This document shows, one piece after another, positions 43,501 through 51,309 of a stretch of 64,000 nucleotides of DNA (position 1 is the stretch's first letter; every line of letters begins with the position of its first letter). The position numbers and the translations under genes were made by a program. The stretch comes from Patescibacteria group bacterium. GTDB taxonomy: Bacteria; Patescibacteriota; Patescibacteriia; 2-12-FULL-60-25. Where the stretch lies: contig JBAZKG010000003.1 of assembly GCA_041650955.1 (NCBI GenBank), positions 42,766-106,765 on the forward strand. Direction: 5' to 3'. A model generated the notes under the pieces. That model was not told the DNA's origin. It saw nothing but the letters and a program-made list of their open reading frames with translations, and searched no databases.

Positions 43501-44199
43501 TTGCGCGGCTACGACCCATTGATTATTTGTAACTGGAGCAATCCCTAAATTCATAGACCCACCATTCACGGATCCGTGCATCAGATTATATGTTTGGTTG
43601 TCGAGTGAGTGATCGAGAGAGTCTGTGACAGTGCTCGGAAGACTGACGACGGTCGGATTGGTTGAAAGATTCGTCCATTTTAAGAGTCGTCCTTTTGTGG
43701 TTACGATATACCAGGTACCGTTTCGTCCAACGATTTGATTGATTCCTTCATTGGATGCAAGGACGTTTTGAATATATGGAGTCACAAGTTTGTATTCTCC
43801 ATTTTGATACGCAACAATACGAATAGAATCATCTGTGCGGACGACATTTTGCAAAAACAATACGGTACTTCCATCGCTCACCATGTCATCGATACGATCA
43901 ACGCCCGCATTACGGACATCGCTTGCAATATCGAATTGCGTGGCACGAAACTTCTCGTATCGAGATGCTATCCCGCCGTTCCATAGATCTTGGCCATCCG
44001 TATATAAAAATGTATCTGTGTCGATATGTGCGACAGCCCAAATTGGACGATTGCTTCGTGTTTTAATGAAGTCGGAAATATCCGTCCATGTCCATGCGCC
44101 TGTTACGGCCGTTGTATCGGCTTGAACGGGCTGAATAAAGCTCATCATCGGCGAGAGCGTCGAGATGGCTATGGTGAGTATTGTGAGGAGACGTTTCAT
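40555..44199 (-). CDS. Large secreted surface protein: ~430-aa N-terminal beta-rich domain plus seven ~95-aa Ig-like repeats, each with a conserved Cys pair
   Basis: Signal peptide MKRLLTILTIAISTLSPMMSFIQPVQA (ATG 44199). Repeats share W.W..P......G....F.VGA.D.DG..K.D...NG..IKTC...GTGNQ.C. 1214 aa. Confidence 0.85.
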   Translation of the reverse strand: MKRLLTILTIAISTLSPMMSFIQPVQADTTAVTGAWTWTDISDFIKTRSNRPIWAVAHIDTDTFLYTDGQDLWNGGIASRYEKFRATQFDIASDVRNAGVDRIDDMVSDGSTVLFLQNVVRTDDSIRIVAYQNGEYKLVTPYIQNVLASNEGINQIVGRNGTWYIVTTKGRLLKWTNLSTNPTVVSLPSTVTDSLDHSLDNQTYNLMHGSVNGGSMNLGIAPVTNNQWVVAAQVTNATYGIPQVLVYRFDGSNFTIISSSNADFTSLSKIVSNGNKAYIFGGAASSSGPSPRIYRSTDGYTVNAPAWTDVFNNTDMQNVNMAWNGVSWMVIVNNKHVYRFTDDNNTASVSYLGIMRDYFTTVAGDDNGHFYLGGAVSTVDNDQPTYPLTAKLVEVRENNQTTNANETAVTSNGSFGGDRVYTSSNGPRVTIQGNPSGFRIGNGKEFAYRVSASDTNGIDRIDIYVNGALIKTCNDSVCEFRNTYYTKNAATRTISFYTRATDKNGYSTDTSGTPDVLTVDTNSSATADGTVTSNTTNTQTTSGSGITSWTWFDPNTTALNSGDTASFNVGAYDANGINKVDIYVNGNIVKTCNLYNATGNQTCTASLYAGNYTQGTGIAVNAHIIDGSGLDSWTQTTTIHRNSDTGSTNSAYVYSSSGFSSRLSPNVTTLNAGESTAYIVNAAYTSVASDPNNVKRVDIYANGNIIKTCPTYSQGQTCIADIVANNFSQGTTIALNARIVKISGAEEWIPVTNIYRNTNSDASNTSSNSGTTANTWIWLSSNQTTLASTDSITFNVGAQDNDGLSKIEIIANDNIIKTCWVSGTGNQTCAATIYGNSYSQNTGIFVNAKVTDANGNITWTDSRTLYRGTDTSNSNTSNSTNNGTTNAWTWLDPDVTSMNRGDSTTFNVGAQDSDGLSKIDMMANGNTIKTCWVSGTGNQSCAVTISANGYSAGTSVYLNAKVTDANGNATWTDSHTIAMNAAATSNNTSSNTTTSNTTNPDTVNVWDWIEPTVDALGPNATTAYHIGSWASRGISSVVIYVNGNVAKTCYSSGTGNQDCSVTLNGSSYQTGTSIFVNGVAKSNGGATAWTTGKTISISGTSCSGTACTASNTTGNGTTSGSDVTNGWVSVNSDHESGYTANNAITLAAAAYDPDGVARIDILANGSRVKTCTNAISCSTVVSTNFYDTSFSYAAVMTDKTGNSITTGYKTIYKK

Positions 44200-44203
44200 A
44201 GTT

Positions 44204-44325
44204 GGTAAATAAGTCTGTAAGTCTGTAGGACTGTATGTCTGTAGGTCTCTAGACCTGTATGTTTTATCCAAGAATAGCTTCCAGAATAAAACCTACAGTC
44301 CTACAGACGTACAAACCCACAGACC
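44204..44325. repeat. PPE, family A, in the 5' leader of the adhesin gene
   Basis: GGTAAATAAGTCTGTAAGTCTGTAGGACTGTATGTCTGTAGGTCT ... ACCTACAGTCCTACAGACGTACAAACCCACAGACC. Confidence 0.85.
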
Positions 44326-44400
44326 TTCCCCTGTTATCCCTCATCTCAAAAGCTTTGTCAATGAAATTGGCAGTTTTGAGGAGAGTACGACGAACTTGGC

Positions 44401-44429
44401 AATATACCAGAAAATGGTGGAAATGTCAA
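44401..44429 (-). promoter_or_regulatory. Sigma70-type promoter (distal promoter of the adhesin gene)
   Basis: Minus strand reads TTGACA-17 nt-TATATT. A second, weaker TTGACA-17-GATAAC lies at 44333-44361. Confidence 0.65.
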
Positions 44430-44433
44430 GTCT

Positions 44434-44496
44434 AGTTGCGTTGTTGCGCCTGTCCTCCGTAGCTTTGGCGGAGGGGGATGGTTACGTGGTTGCGTA
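44434..44496. repeat. Atypical family F element: two same-sense arms flanking a small palindrome
   Basis: AGTTGCGTTGTTGCG ... CCTCCGTAGCTTTGGCGGAGG ... GGTTACGTGGTTGCGTA. The arms are direct repeats, not inverted. Confidence 0.7.
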
Positions 44497-44510
44497 CGAA
44501 AGAATACTTT

Positions 44511-44542
44511 AAAAAAACAGGGGCCTTCGAATTGAAGACCCC
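44511..44542 (-). terminator. Intrinsic terminator of the 44567-45166 gene
   Basis: Minus strand reads GGGGTCTTC-AATTC-GAAGGCCCC followed by TGTTTTTTT. Confidence 0.8.
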
Positions 44543-44566
44543 ATAGGTGTTTTTTGAGAAAGGTGA

Positions 44567-45166
44567 TCAGTGGCCGCAGTCGCAACAGCCGTGCTCTTCG
44601 CAACCACAGTGATCATGAGCATCTTTGTCGGAGCCGCGGACGACTCGCTCCAATTGTTCCCGAAGCAGGTTGCTTCGTGCAAACTTGGTTTGGGCGATAA
44701 GAATTCGAACCAAGAACGGTCGATGCTCGGGACGTATTTCTTCCCGTGTATTTTTCGGAGTAGCGGTGACAAAGAGTCGTCGATCCAATTCGTCCATCTT
44801 GATTTGTTCAGCCATGATTTCCGCATGTTCTTCTATCATTGGCCAAACTTTATTCCACGTTTTCAATCCTTGCACAACGATTGATCCGAATTCTTTGTCG
44901 TTGCACATATAATTTCCGCTATTGGACTGATAGCAATGGATGACCGCATCCCGCAGTCGATCAATCTGATGAAATCGGAAGAACACGGTCATGCTTGGCT
45001 CAAGCGTACGAATGCACAAAAACATGAGATCGATCCATTGCTCAAGATCGTCTGCCATATCGTGCGTTTTGGCCGGATCGTCAGTCTCAACCACTTCCTT
45101 CACATTGACGGTCTGCGGTGTTTTTTGAAAAGCGGCTCTGACGAGTTTGAGAATGTTAAAGTTCAT
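44567..45166 (-). CDS. Hypothetical protein with C-terminal His/Cys-rich metal-binding-like tail
   Basis: 199 aa, SD GGAAGGAGAGCCC-ATG, promoter at 45187-45215. The C-terminus is DKDAHDHCGCEEHGCCDCGH. Confidence 0.7.
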   Translation of the reverse strand: MNFNILKLVRAAFQKTPQTVNVKEVVETDDPAKTHDMADDLEQWIDLMFLCIRTLEPSMTVFFRFHQIDRLRDAVIHCYQSNSGNYMCNDKEFGSIVVQGLKTWNKVWPMIEEHAEIMAEQIKMDELDRRLFVTATPKNTREEIRPEHRPFLVRILIAQTKFARSNLLREQLERVVRGSDKDAHDHCGCEEHGCCDCGH

Positions 45167-45186
45167 GGGCTCTCCTTCCGGGATGA

Positions 45187-45215
45187 AGGGTACGTACTAT
45201 TGGAAGAAACGTCAA
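45187..45215 (-). promoter_or_regulatory. Sigma70-type promoter
   Basis: Minus strand reads TTGACG-17 nt-TACCCT. Confidence 0.55.
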
Positions 45216-45271
45216 TCTAGGGACAATAAGCAAACAAAAAAATAAAAAAATAAAATTAGCCGCGTCTTTTT

Positions 45272-46819
45272 TTATTTTTTGCCTTCCTCCAACCTCGGAA
45301 ACAACGCCGTCGCTGTTCCAAGTTTTGTCCCGGCGGGTAATCCTCCCCACGTTTTTATCTTCTCGAATGATATTTCATTCACGTTTTGACCAAGAAGAGT
45401 CAAAATTGCATCCGACGTTTGCGGCATGAAGGGACGGATCATCCAGCCGATGTGGCGGATGGCTTCGGCGAGCGCAAAGAGCACGCGATCAAGATCCGCG
45501 TCTTTATTTTCTTTTGCAAGCGCCCACGGCTTTTCATCATCAATATATTTATTCGCATCGCGAATAAGCGTCCATGCGGTTTCGAGCGCTTGATCAAAAC
45601 GCCAGTCGTTCATAAAGGTTTGATACGTCGCCCAGAGCGCGTCCACGTCCCACGGTGCGGTCGGAGAAACTCCCACAACGCCTGTGCGATATTTTTCGAT
45701 CATGCTTGCGACGCGAAGAACAAGATTGCCGAGATTGTTCGAGAGATCGGCTTCAAAGCGGGCAACAAAACGATCCTGATCGTATTCACCGTCGCCGTTA
45801 AACGGAATTTCTCGAAGAAGAAGATAGCGAGTCGCTTCAACGCCGAATGTCGTCAAAAGCATATCAGGCTCAAGCACATTGCCAAGCGTTTTGCTCATCT
45901 TGCCACCGCCTTTTGCAAGAATCCATCCATGAACCGCAACTTGTTTCGGAACATCCACGCCAGCGGCCATTAACATTGCCGGCCAAAGCACGGTATGAAA
46001 ACGATTGATCTCTTTACCGATGACATGATGAACCGTGGGCCAGTATGTTGCGACTTTTTTTTCATCTTTCGGAAACCCGAGCGCGCTCAAATAGTTTACA
46101 AGCGCATCGAACCACACATAGATATTCTGCGAGTCATCACCCGGAACCGGAATGCCCCATGGCACGTGCTTGGAAGAGCGCGATACGCTGATATCCTCGA
46201 GTCCGCCTTTCACAAGCTGGATCGCTTCATTGAATTTTGTTTCCGGCGTTGCAAAATTCGGATTCTTTTCGTAGATTGCGAGCAAGTCTTTTTCAAATGC
46301 CGTGAGCTTAAAGAAATAATTCTCTTCTTCGATTTGTTCCGGCGTCAAATTCGGATGATCCAGACATTTTCCGTCAACAAGATCTTTTTCCGTCTTGAAC
46401 GATTCGCATCCGACGCAGTACAAGCCGGTATATTTTTTCGTATACAAGAACGGCCCGCGCGGATCTTTCTTTCCGTTCTCGATGACGCGGTTCCAAAATG
46501 CCGTGACTGTTTCTTTATGCCGGTCTTCGGTGGTTCGAATAAAGTCCGTATAGGAAATCGAAAGTCTCGAAGCGAGGTCTTGATACTGCTTCGCAATACC
46601 GTCAACAAACGCTTTTGGTTCAAGCTTTGCTTCCGCGGCCTTGCGCGCAATCTTTTGTCCGTGCTCATCCATGCCCGTCACAAACACAACATCATTTCCC
46701 AGCAAACGCTGATACCGCGCCATGGCATCGGTATAGATGTATTCAAGGGCAAACCCGATATGCGGCGCTCCGTTCGCATACGCAATCGCGGTCGTGATGT
46801 AGTACGGCTGTTTGGACAT
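45272..46819 (-). CDS. metG: Methionine--tRNA ligase (short form, no C-terminal tRNA-binding domain)
   Basis: ITTAIAYANGAPHIGF (HIGH), KMSKTLGN (KMSKS), MetRS connective-peptide and anticodon-binding regions. 515 aa. Confidence 0.96.
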   Translation of the reverse strand: MSKQPYYITTAIAYANGAPHIGFALEYIYTDAMARYQRLLGNDVVFVTGMDEHGQKIARKAAEAKLEPKAFVDGIAKQYQDLASRLSISYTDFIRTTEDRHKETVTAFWNRVIENGKKDPRGPFLYTKKYTGLYCVGCESFKTEKDLVDGKCLDHPNLTPEQIEEENYFFKLTAFEKDLLAIYEKNPNFATPETKFNEAIQLVKGGLEDISVSRSSKHVPWGIPVPGDDSQNIYVWFDALVNYLSALGFPKDEKKVATYWPTVHHVIGKEINRFHTVLWPAMLMAAGVDVPKQVAVHGWILAKGGGKMSKTLGNVLEPDMLLTTFGVEATRYLLLREIPFNGDGEYDQDRFVARFEADLSNNLGNLVLRVASMIEKYRTGVVGVSPTAPWDVDALWATYQTFMNDWRFDQALETAWTLIRDANKYIDDEKPWALAKENKDADLDRVLFALAEAIRHIGWMIRPFMPQTSDAILTLLGQNVNEISFEKIKTWGGLPAGTKLGTATALFPRLEEGKK

Positions 46820-46878
46820 AACAGGGAAACGTTAGCAGGAAATGGGGGAGGATTCAATGTTGGATCTATCAAGCAATC

Positions 46879-46907
46879 TTGACAACATAACCATTTTCTG
46901 ATAATAA
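46879..46907 (+). promoter_or_regulatory. Sigma70-type promoter
   Basis: TTGACA-17 nt-TAATAA. Confidence 0.65.
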
Positions 46908-46985
46908 GGAAGCTGGATTTGTTACAACAGAGGGAGATATAAATGAACATTCGACAACAAAGAGGAAAAGAGGAGAAGAAATTAT

Positions 46986-47264
46986 ATGGGAATATTCGTA
47001 GATGATTCAGAAGTTCGGGTATACATATTGAAGTTTCCCGGTGGAACCTGGACGCGCGAAGATCGAACTGTTTTGTATTGCGTTTCAACAGAAAGTCCTC
47101 GCGACATGATGGTTATTCCGGGTAAGCCTGAGTTTCTCGTGATGGTTGGAGAGTGGAAAGAGGCACATATCCGATCGGGACTTGGAAAAGGATATGAAAC
47201 CGTTGAAATCCATATACACACTTTGGATGAAGCAAAGAGCGGCTACGATAAACTCTTTTGGTAA
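46986..47264 (+). CDS. Hypothetical small protein
   Basis: 92 aa, SD AAGAGGAGAAGAAATTAT-ATG, own promoter and terminator. Confidence 0.6.
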   Translation: MGIFVDDSEVRVYILKFPGGTWTREDRTVLYCVSTESPRDMMVIPGKPEFLVMVGEWKEAHIRSGLGKGYETVEIHIHTLDEAKSGYDKLFW

Positions 47265-47292
47265 TCCTCTCCTAAGAAATGATATGACACTT

Positions 47293-47327
47293 CCAGCCGA
47301 TCTCTTCTCGATATCGGCTGGTTTTTA
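47293..47327 (+). terminator. Intrinsic terminator
   Basis: CCAGCCGAT-CTCTTCTCGAT-ATCGGCTGG followed by TTTTTA. Confidence 0.85.
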
Positions 47328-47342
47328 ATTTATGTCAGGAGA

Positions 47343-47366
47343 GGGCGCACAGCTGTGCGCCCCTAC
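47343..47366. repeat. REP variant
   Basis: GGGCGCACAGCTGTGCGCCCCTAC (reverse orientation). It overlaps the stop codon of the GT4 gene. Confidence 0.85.
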
Positions 47367-48577
47367 AAATGCTGTTCCTCCAACACATCTCTCAACGCAC
47401 CAACCCATAGTTGCGGTTTTGACGGGGGAACGAATAATGTCCCGGTCGGTGCGGTTTCGGGGAGCGCGCCAGTGCTGGATGCGATGCAGGGGCATCCGAA
47501 GCGCGCGGCTTCATGAAGTGGCAGGCCATAGCCTTCGTACCAGGAAGGATAGAGGAAGCAGGAAGCGGTGGCGTAGAGGGTGTCGAGGTCGAGGTCGGTG
47601 ATGTGGGAAAAAGGAGCGAGGAGCGACCTGCCCGCCACGCAAGCCGAGATGAGCGAGGCGTTGCAGGCGGGGGAGCGAGGAGCGAGAAGAGAATGTATAA
47701 AATCGCGCGCATCAAAAATAAACTCGCTCCTCGCTCCTTCCCCCTTCGCTGACTCCTTCGCTGAAGCTACGGAGTCCAGGGAAGCTACGGGGGACACACG
47801 CTCCTCGCTCCTACATTCTCTTTTCGGCGCGCCAACAATTACAAGCTTCAAATTCGCGTACTTCGTTTCTTTTCGAAGTTGTTCAACGGCGAGGATGGCA
47901 GTGCGGATGTTTTTACGCGTGTTGCCGCCGCCCATGGCCAGAATAAAAGGGGCGTGGGGCGTGGGGCGTGGGGCGTGGTGAAGAAATTCTGAATCTAAAA
48001 GTTCAGTTGGGCGGATGCGAGGAGTGAATATCCTAATTTTTTTTTCTTCCCACGCCCCACGCCCCACGCCCCACGCCCTTATCATTCGTTTGACGTCTCG
48101 TTTTGTCACCTCACTCACACATATCAACGTATCCGCGCGGCAGATCAAACGCTTGCAATGAACGGCGCGATGCCAGAGGCGGCTTTTGAAGGAAAACCAC
48201 GAGGGCTCGATCAAAAAAGAGAGGTCGTGAAGGAATAGGGTGTATGGGATGGTGATGCGCCCGGTAAAACCGAGATTGCCGATGAGGAGCTTGTCGAACG
48301 CGAGCCCGGTCTTCTTTGTTGTCACACGGTCAAGCGATACAAGATTCAGCATCGATAAACCGCTCCATAATTTATTCGGCATGCGGATATGCGCGTGCGT
48401 GACGCGCGGATGCGTCCGGAACGGATCGGGGAGTTTTGGAATATTCCACCCGGTTGTAACAAAAACAAAATTTACTTCCGTTTGATCAACGATTCTTTGC
48501 AACCAATCAAAAACAACCGCCGCAACGCCGCGGCTGTCTGCATCGACCAAAGGTCGTGCATCGACAAGTACGTTCAT
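47363..48577 (-). CDS. Glycosyltransferase family 4 (GT-B) carrying two large in-frame palindromic insertions
   Basis: GT4 C-terminal core LYATASCFLYPSWYEGYGLPLHEAARFGCPCIASSTGALPE. The ORF stays open through a family-C hairpin (47949-48079) and family-L tracts (47612-47811). Confidence 0.8.
   Translation of the reverse strand: MNVLVDARPLVDADSRGVAAVVFDWLQRIVDQTEVNFVFVTTGWNIPKLPDPFRTHPRVTHAHIRMPNKLWSGLSMLNLVSLDRVTTKKTGLAFDKLLIGNLGFTGRITIPYTLFLHDLSFLIEPSWFSFKSRLWHRAVHCKRLICRADTLICVSEVTKRDVKRMIRAWGVGRGAWEEKKIRIFTPRIRPTELLDSEFLHHAPRPTPHAPFILAMGGGNTRKNIRTAILAVEQLRKETKYANLKLVIVGAPKRECRSEERVSPVASLDSVASAKESAKGEGARSEFIFDARDFIHSLLAPRSPACNASLISACVAGRSLLAPFSHITDLDLDTLYATASCFLYPSWYEGYGLPLHEAARFGCPCIASSTGALPETAPTGTLFVPPSKPQLWVGALRDVLEEQHL
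47671..47737. repeat. PPE, family L (GAGCGAG units), inside the GT4 gene
   Basis: GGGAGCGAGGAGCGAGAAGAG ... AAACTCGCTCCTCGCTCC. Additional half-tracts lie at 47612-47626 and 47799-47811. Confidence 0.85.
47949..48079. repeat. PPE, family C, inside the GT4 gene (131 nt)
   Basis: GGGGCGTGGGGCGTGGGGCGTGGGGCGTGGTGAAGAA ... TTCTTCCCACGCCCCACGCCCCACGCCCCACGCCC. Translated on the minus strand as GVGRGAWEEKK...HHAPRPTPHAP. Confidence 0.9.
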
Positions 48578-48578
48578 A

Positions 48579-48670
48579 TTGGTCTACGAATGTACGAATG
48601 ATACGAATCGGCGAATAACTCGCTATGTGACCATTCGCCGATTCGTATCATTCGTACATTCGTAGACCAA
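48579..48670. repeat. PPE, family H (8-nt unit ~TACGAATG), perfect 38-bp arms
   Basis: TTGGTCTACGAATGTACGAATGATACGAATCGGCGAAT / 16-nt loop / ATTCGCCGATTCGTATCATTCGTACATTCGTAGACCAA. Confidence 0.93.
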
Positions 48671-48675
48671 CAGAA

Positions 48676-49815
48676 CTAACGTTGATATTTCTGTATGACT
48701 TCATTTAGAAATCCACCAAATCGTTGTTTGAACAGCTGATCCGAAAAAGATTCCGCGTGCGCGTGAATGCGAATCGGATCGTATTTTGACGGATCAAAAC
48801 GGATGATCGCATCTCCGATGTCTTCCCATGTCTGTGCCTCAATATATTCTCCGGTGACGCCGGGCACAACCGTTTCCGCCGCGCCGCCTTGGCCGTAGGC
48901 GATGATTGGTTTGCCGGCGGCCATTGCCTCGACGGCGGTGATGCCGAAGTCCTCGACATGCGGATGAATAAATCCGATGGCATTCGAAAAAAGTTCGCGC
49001 TTGGCATCTTCCGAAATCCATCCCAAGAATTCGGTTTTTGATCCGGCGATGCGCTTGAGCCGCTTTAATTCCGGCCCAACGCCGAACACTTTGAGCGGCA
49101 TATTCAGTTTTGCAAACGCCCGCACCGTGAGATCAAAACGTTTGTACCCGACGAGACGGCCGCCAGTGACCCACCCCCCTTCGCCCATCGAAGACTCTGG
49201 GCTTCGGGGGGCAGGTGACGCGTGAAAATCTAGGACATCAACGGGTGGGTGGATGACCATGGCGTCGCGGCCGTAGTAGCGGCGGATGCGCGCGCGGCTT
49301 GTTTGGGAGTTGGTGACAACGATATCCGGTCGTTCCGCGGCAATGCGATCCCATAAGCGAAGGCGGTGGAGGATCGGCGGCAGAAGACGTTTAATAAGTC
49401 GAGGTTGCGAAAGATCATTCACATACGACTGGCGATCTTCCCACAAAAAACGTGTGGGCGTGTGTAAATAGCAAATATGAAGCGCATTCGGAGCGGCGAT
49501 TGCGCCTTTTGCGAACGTGCTTGAACTTGAGATCACAATATCGTAGCCGGATAAATCAAAATGCTCGATGGCCATGGGCATGAACGGCAATGTCCATTCT
49601 TCGCGTCCGCGAATAAATGGAAGGCGCTGTAAATCGCTCACGCGAATATCTTTTCCGCGGAAGGACGCATGCGTTCGATTCGGATTATAAAAAAGCGTGT
49701 AGGTGGGCGCGGCCGGAAACATTTCCTGCAATGCCCGAACGACGCGTTCGCCTCCGCCATCTTGGATAAGATAGTCATGCACAATCGCAATGCGCAATCC
49801 GTTCGTCCCACTCAT
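48676..49815 (-). CDS. Glycosyltransferase family 4
   Basis: LRIAIVHDYLIQDGGGERVV N-terminus and FIHPHVEDFGITAVEAMAAGKPIIAYGQGGAAETV (E-x7-E region). 379 aa. Confidence 0.9.
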   Translation of the reverse strand: MSGTNGLRIAIVHDYLIQDGGGERVVRALQEMFPAAPTYTLFYNPNRTHASFRGKDIRVSDLQRLPFIRGREEWTLPFMPMAIEHFDLSGYDIVISSSSTFAKGAIAAPNALHICYLHTPTRFLWEDRQSYVNDLSQPRLIKRLLPPILHRLRLWDRIAAERPDIVVTNSQTSRARIRRYYGRDAMVIHPPVDVLDFHASPAPRSPESSMGEGGWVTGGRLVGYKRFDLTVRAFAKLNMPLKVFGVGPELKRLKRIAGSKTEFLGWISEDAKRELFSNAIGFIHPHVEDFGITAVEAMAAGKPIIAYGQGGAAETVVPGVTGEYIEAQTWEDIGDAIIRFDPSKYDPIRIHAHAESFSDQLFKQRFGGFLNEVIQKYQR

Positions 49816-49863
49816 GCGGCTATCCTAGCGGATGGGGAGGGGAGAGGCGAGGATGGGTCAAGG

Positions 49864-49954
49864 TAGCCAGTAGGCCATCATCAGCCAGTAGGCCATAGCC
49901 AGTAGCCAGTAGGAATTGCTCTTACTACTGGCTACTGGCTCAACCCTACTGGCT
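49864..49954. repeat. PPE, family E variant (GCCAGTAG units)
   Basis: GTAGCCAGTAGGCCATCATCAGCCAGTAGGCCATAGCCAGTAGCCAGTAGG ... ACTACTGGCTACTGGCTCAACCCTACTGGCT. The right arm is identical to that of 25862-25934. Confidence 0.85.
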
Positions 49955-50005
49955 ATCAAAATCCCCGCCGGTCGACATCACTGTCAAACGGCGGGGGAGT
50001 TGTTG

Positions 50006-50029
50006 TAGGGGCGCACAGCTGTGCGCCCT
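50006..50029. repeat. REP variant
   Basis: GTAGGGGCGCACAGCTGTGCGCCC, the same sequence in reverse complement as 47343-47366. Confidence 0.85.
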
Positions 50030-50081
50030 TGAGAGATAAACCATCGCGTCCGTGAGAGATCAACCTGCGCCCTTGAAGGAG

Positions 50082-50528
50082 CTACCTGGTGAGATCGATC
50101 CAAATGCGTTCGCGTTGTCTGCGCACGATCCTTGTTTCTCCAATTTGAATGAGCGATTCAGCGTAGAGCGTCTCCATTTCAAGAAGCTTTGCTTTCGCTA
50201 TGAGAACATCCATGAGTTGTTGCTGAATGTCACGACGTTTGTCAGGAGCAACTCGTTGTTCGGTCACAACAAAGTCATGAATCATTCCTTCAAATCCGGT
50301 GAGTTTTCGAATCGGGACAAGCGTTGCCATTCCGACGACACCAAGAAGATCTTCGTCCAATGCAAGTACAACATGGCCGCTCGTACACGCTGCTGCAAAA
50401 AAGAATTCCAGTAGCGCTCTAGGGACATCGCACGTTTTGACATTTTTGAGTTGAGCCGCGAGCGCCTGAATTTGTCCCATATACTTCATGACTGAAAGTG
50501 GATCTTGTATCCAGTCGAATGTGATCAT
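50082..50528 (-). CDS. Hypothetical protein, possibly GNAT-fold acetyltransferase-like (weak)
   Basis: 148 aa. Its start overlaps the def stop (ATGA). The beta-alpha pattern ..VVLALDEDLLGVVGMATLVPI..GMIHDFVVTEQ.. is GNAT-like, but the Q/RxxGxG/A motif is absent. Confidence 0.5.
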   Translation of the reverse strand: MITFDWIQDPLSVMKYMGQIQALAAQLKNVKTCDVPRALLEFFFAAACTSGHVVLALDEDLLGVVGMATLVPIRKLTGFEGMIHDFVVTEQRVAPDKRRDIQQQLMDVLIAKAKLLEMETLYAESLIQIGETRIVRRQRERIWIDLTR

Positions 50529-51136
50529 ACTTCCTCCTTTGCGCCAAAAGCGCGGGCGATTTCACTCGAGGTTTTCAGGCCCCACTGTTTCGCGAAGAAC
50601 GTTCGCGACGGCATCACGGATCCCTTGAGCGCGATATCTGTAAAGACAATGCCTTCCAGATGATTGATTTCGTGCTGAAGAATGAGCGAATACCAGCCGA
50701 TCGCATTGATGAGAATTTCTTTCCCTTCTTCGTTATACGCTGTGACGCGTATGGACCAATGATAGGGAACGGCACCCCATACGCCGGGAACGCTCGCGCA
50801 CGAAACGAATGCATGACATACATCGTTTCCACGCGGCTCCATTGTTGGAGAAAAGAGCGCATGGAAAGGGATTGGCGTGTCTCGTAAAAATGGCCGCCGA
50901 CGTTCCATGGGAACCTGGTCGATATACGCCTGCAGGTCTTCGATAACGATCATCGGCGGATAATCCAACCCGACTTGATTGATCGCGAGTCCGACGCTAC
51001 TTGTTTTGCGCAGAAGCTCTTGCATTTCAAAGATGAGAGCTTGTGTCACTGGATGGTTAATTTGTTCCGGTGTGATCGGTCGAACCAAGGTATGAAGCAT
51101 GGGATGATCCGGGCCGACGATATTGAGTGACGACAT
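50525..51136 (-). CDS. def: Peptide deformylase (divergent motifs)
   Basis: SVGLAINQVG (motif 1), VSCASVPG (motif 2; the usual EGCLS, Cys kept), QHEINHLEG (motif 3, HExxH). SD AAAGGAGGTGAC-ATG. Confidence 0.8.
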   Translation of the reverse strand: MSSLNIVGPDHPMLHTLVRPITPEQINHPVTQALIFEMQELLRKTSSVGLAINQVGLDYPPMIVIEDLQAYIDQVPMERRRPFLRDTPIPFHALFSPTMEPRGNDVCHAFVSCASVPGVWGAVPYHWSIRVTAYNEEGKEILINAIGWYSLILQHEINHLEGIVFTDIALKGSVMPSRTFFAKQWGLKTSSEIARAFGAKEEV

Positions 51137-51200
51137 GTCACCTCCTTTATTGTGAATGTTCAGTTTGCACCGAGGTCAAACGCGGCCTCGTATGATGGAG

Positions 51201-51229
51201 GGTGTATCAGAAAATGGGGGGAATGTCAA
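51201..51229 (-). promoter_or_regulatory. Sigma70-type promoter of def
   Basis: Minus strand reads TTGACA-17 nt-TACACC. Confidence 0.55.
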
Positions 51230-51236
51230 AGAAGAG

Positions 51237-51309
51237 GGGCGTGGGGCGTAGCGTATGGGGCGTGGTGAAAGATCTTTCACCACGCCCCGCACGCTACGCC
51301 CCACGCCCC
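51237..51309. repeat. PPE, family C
   Basis: GGGGCGTGGGGCGTAGCGTATGGGGCGTGGTGAAAG / AT / CTTTCACCACGCCCCGCACGCTACGCCCCACGCCCC. Confidence 0.9.
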
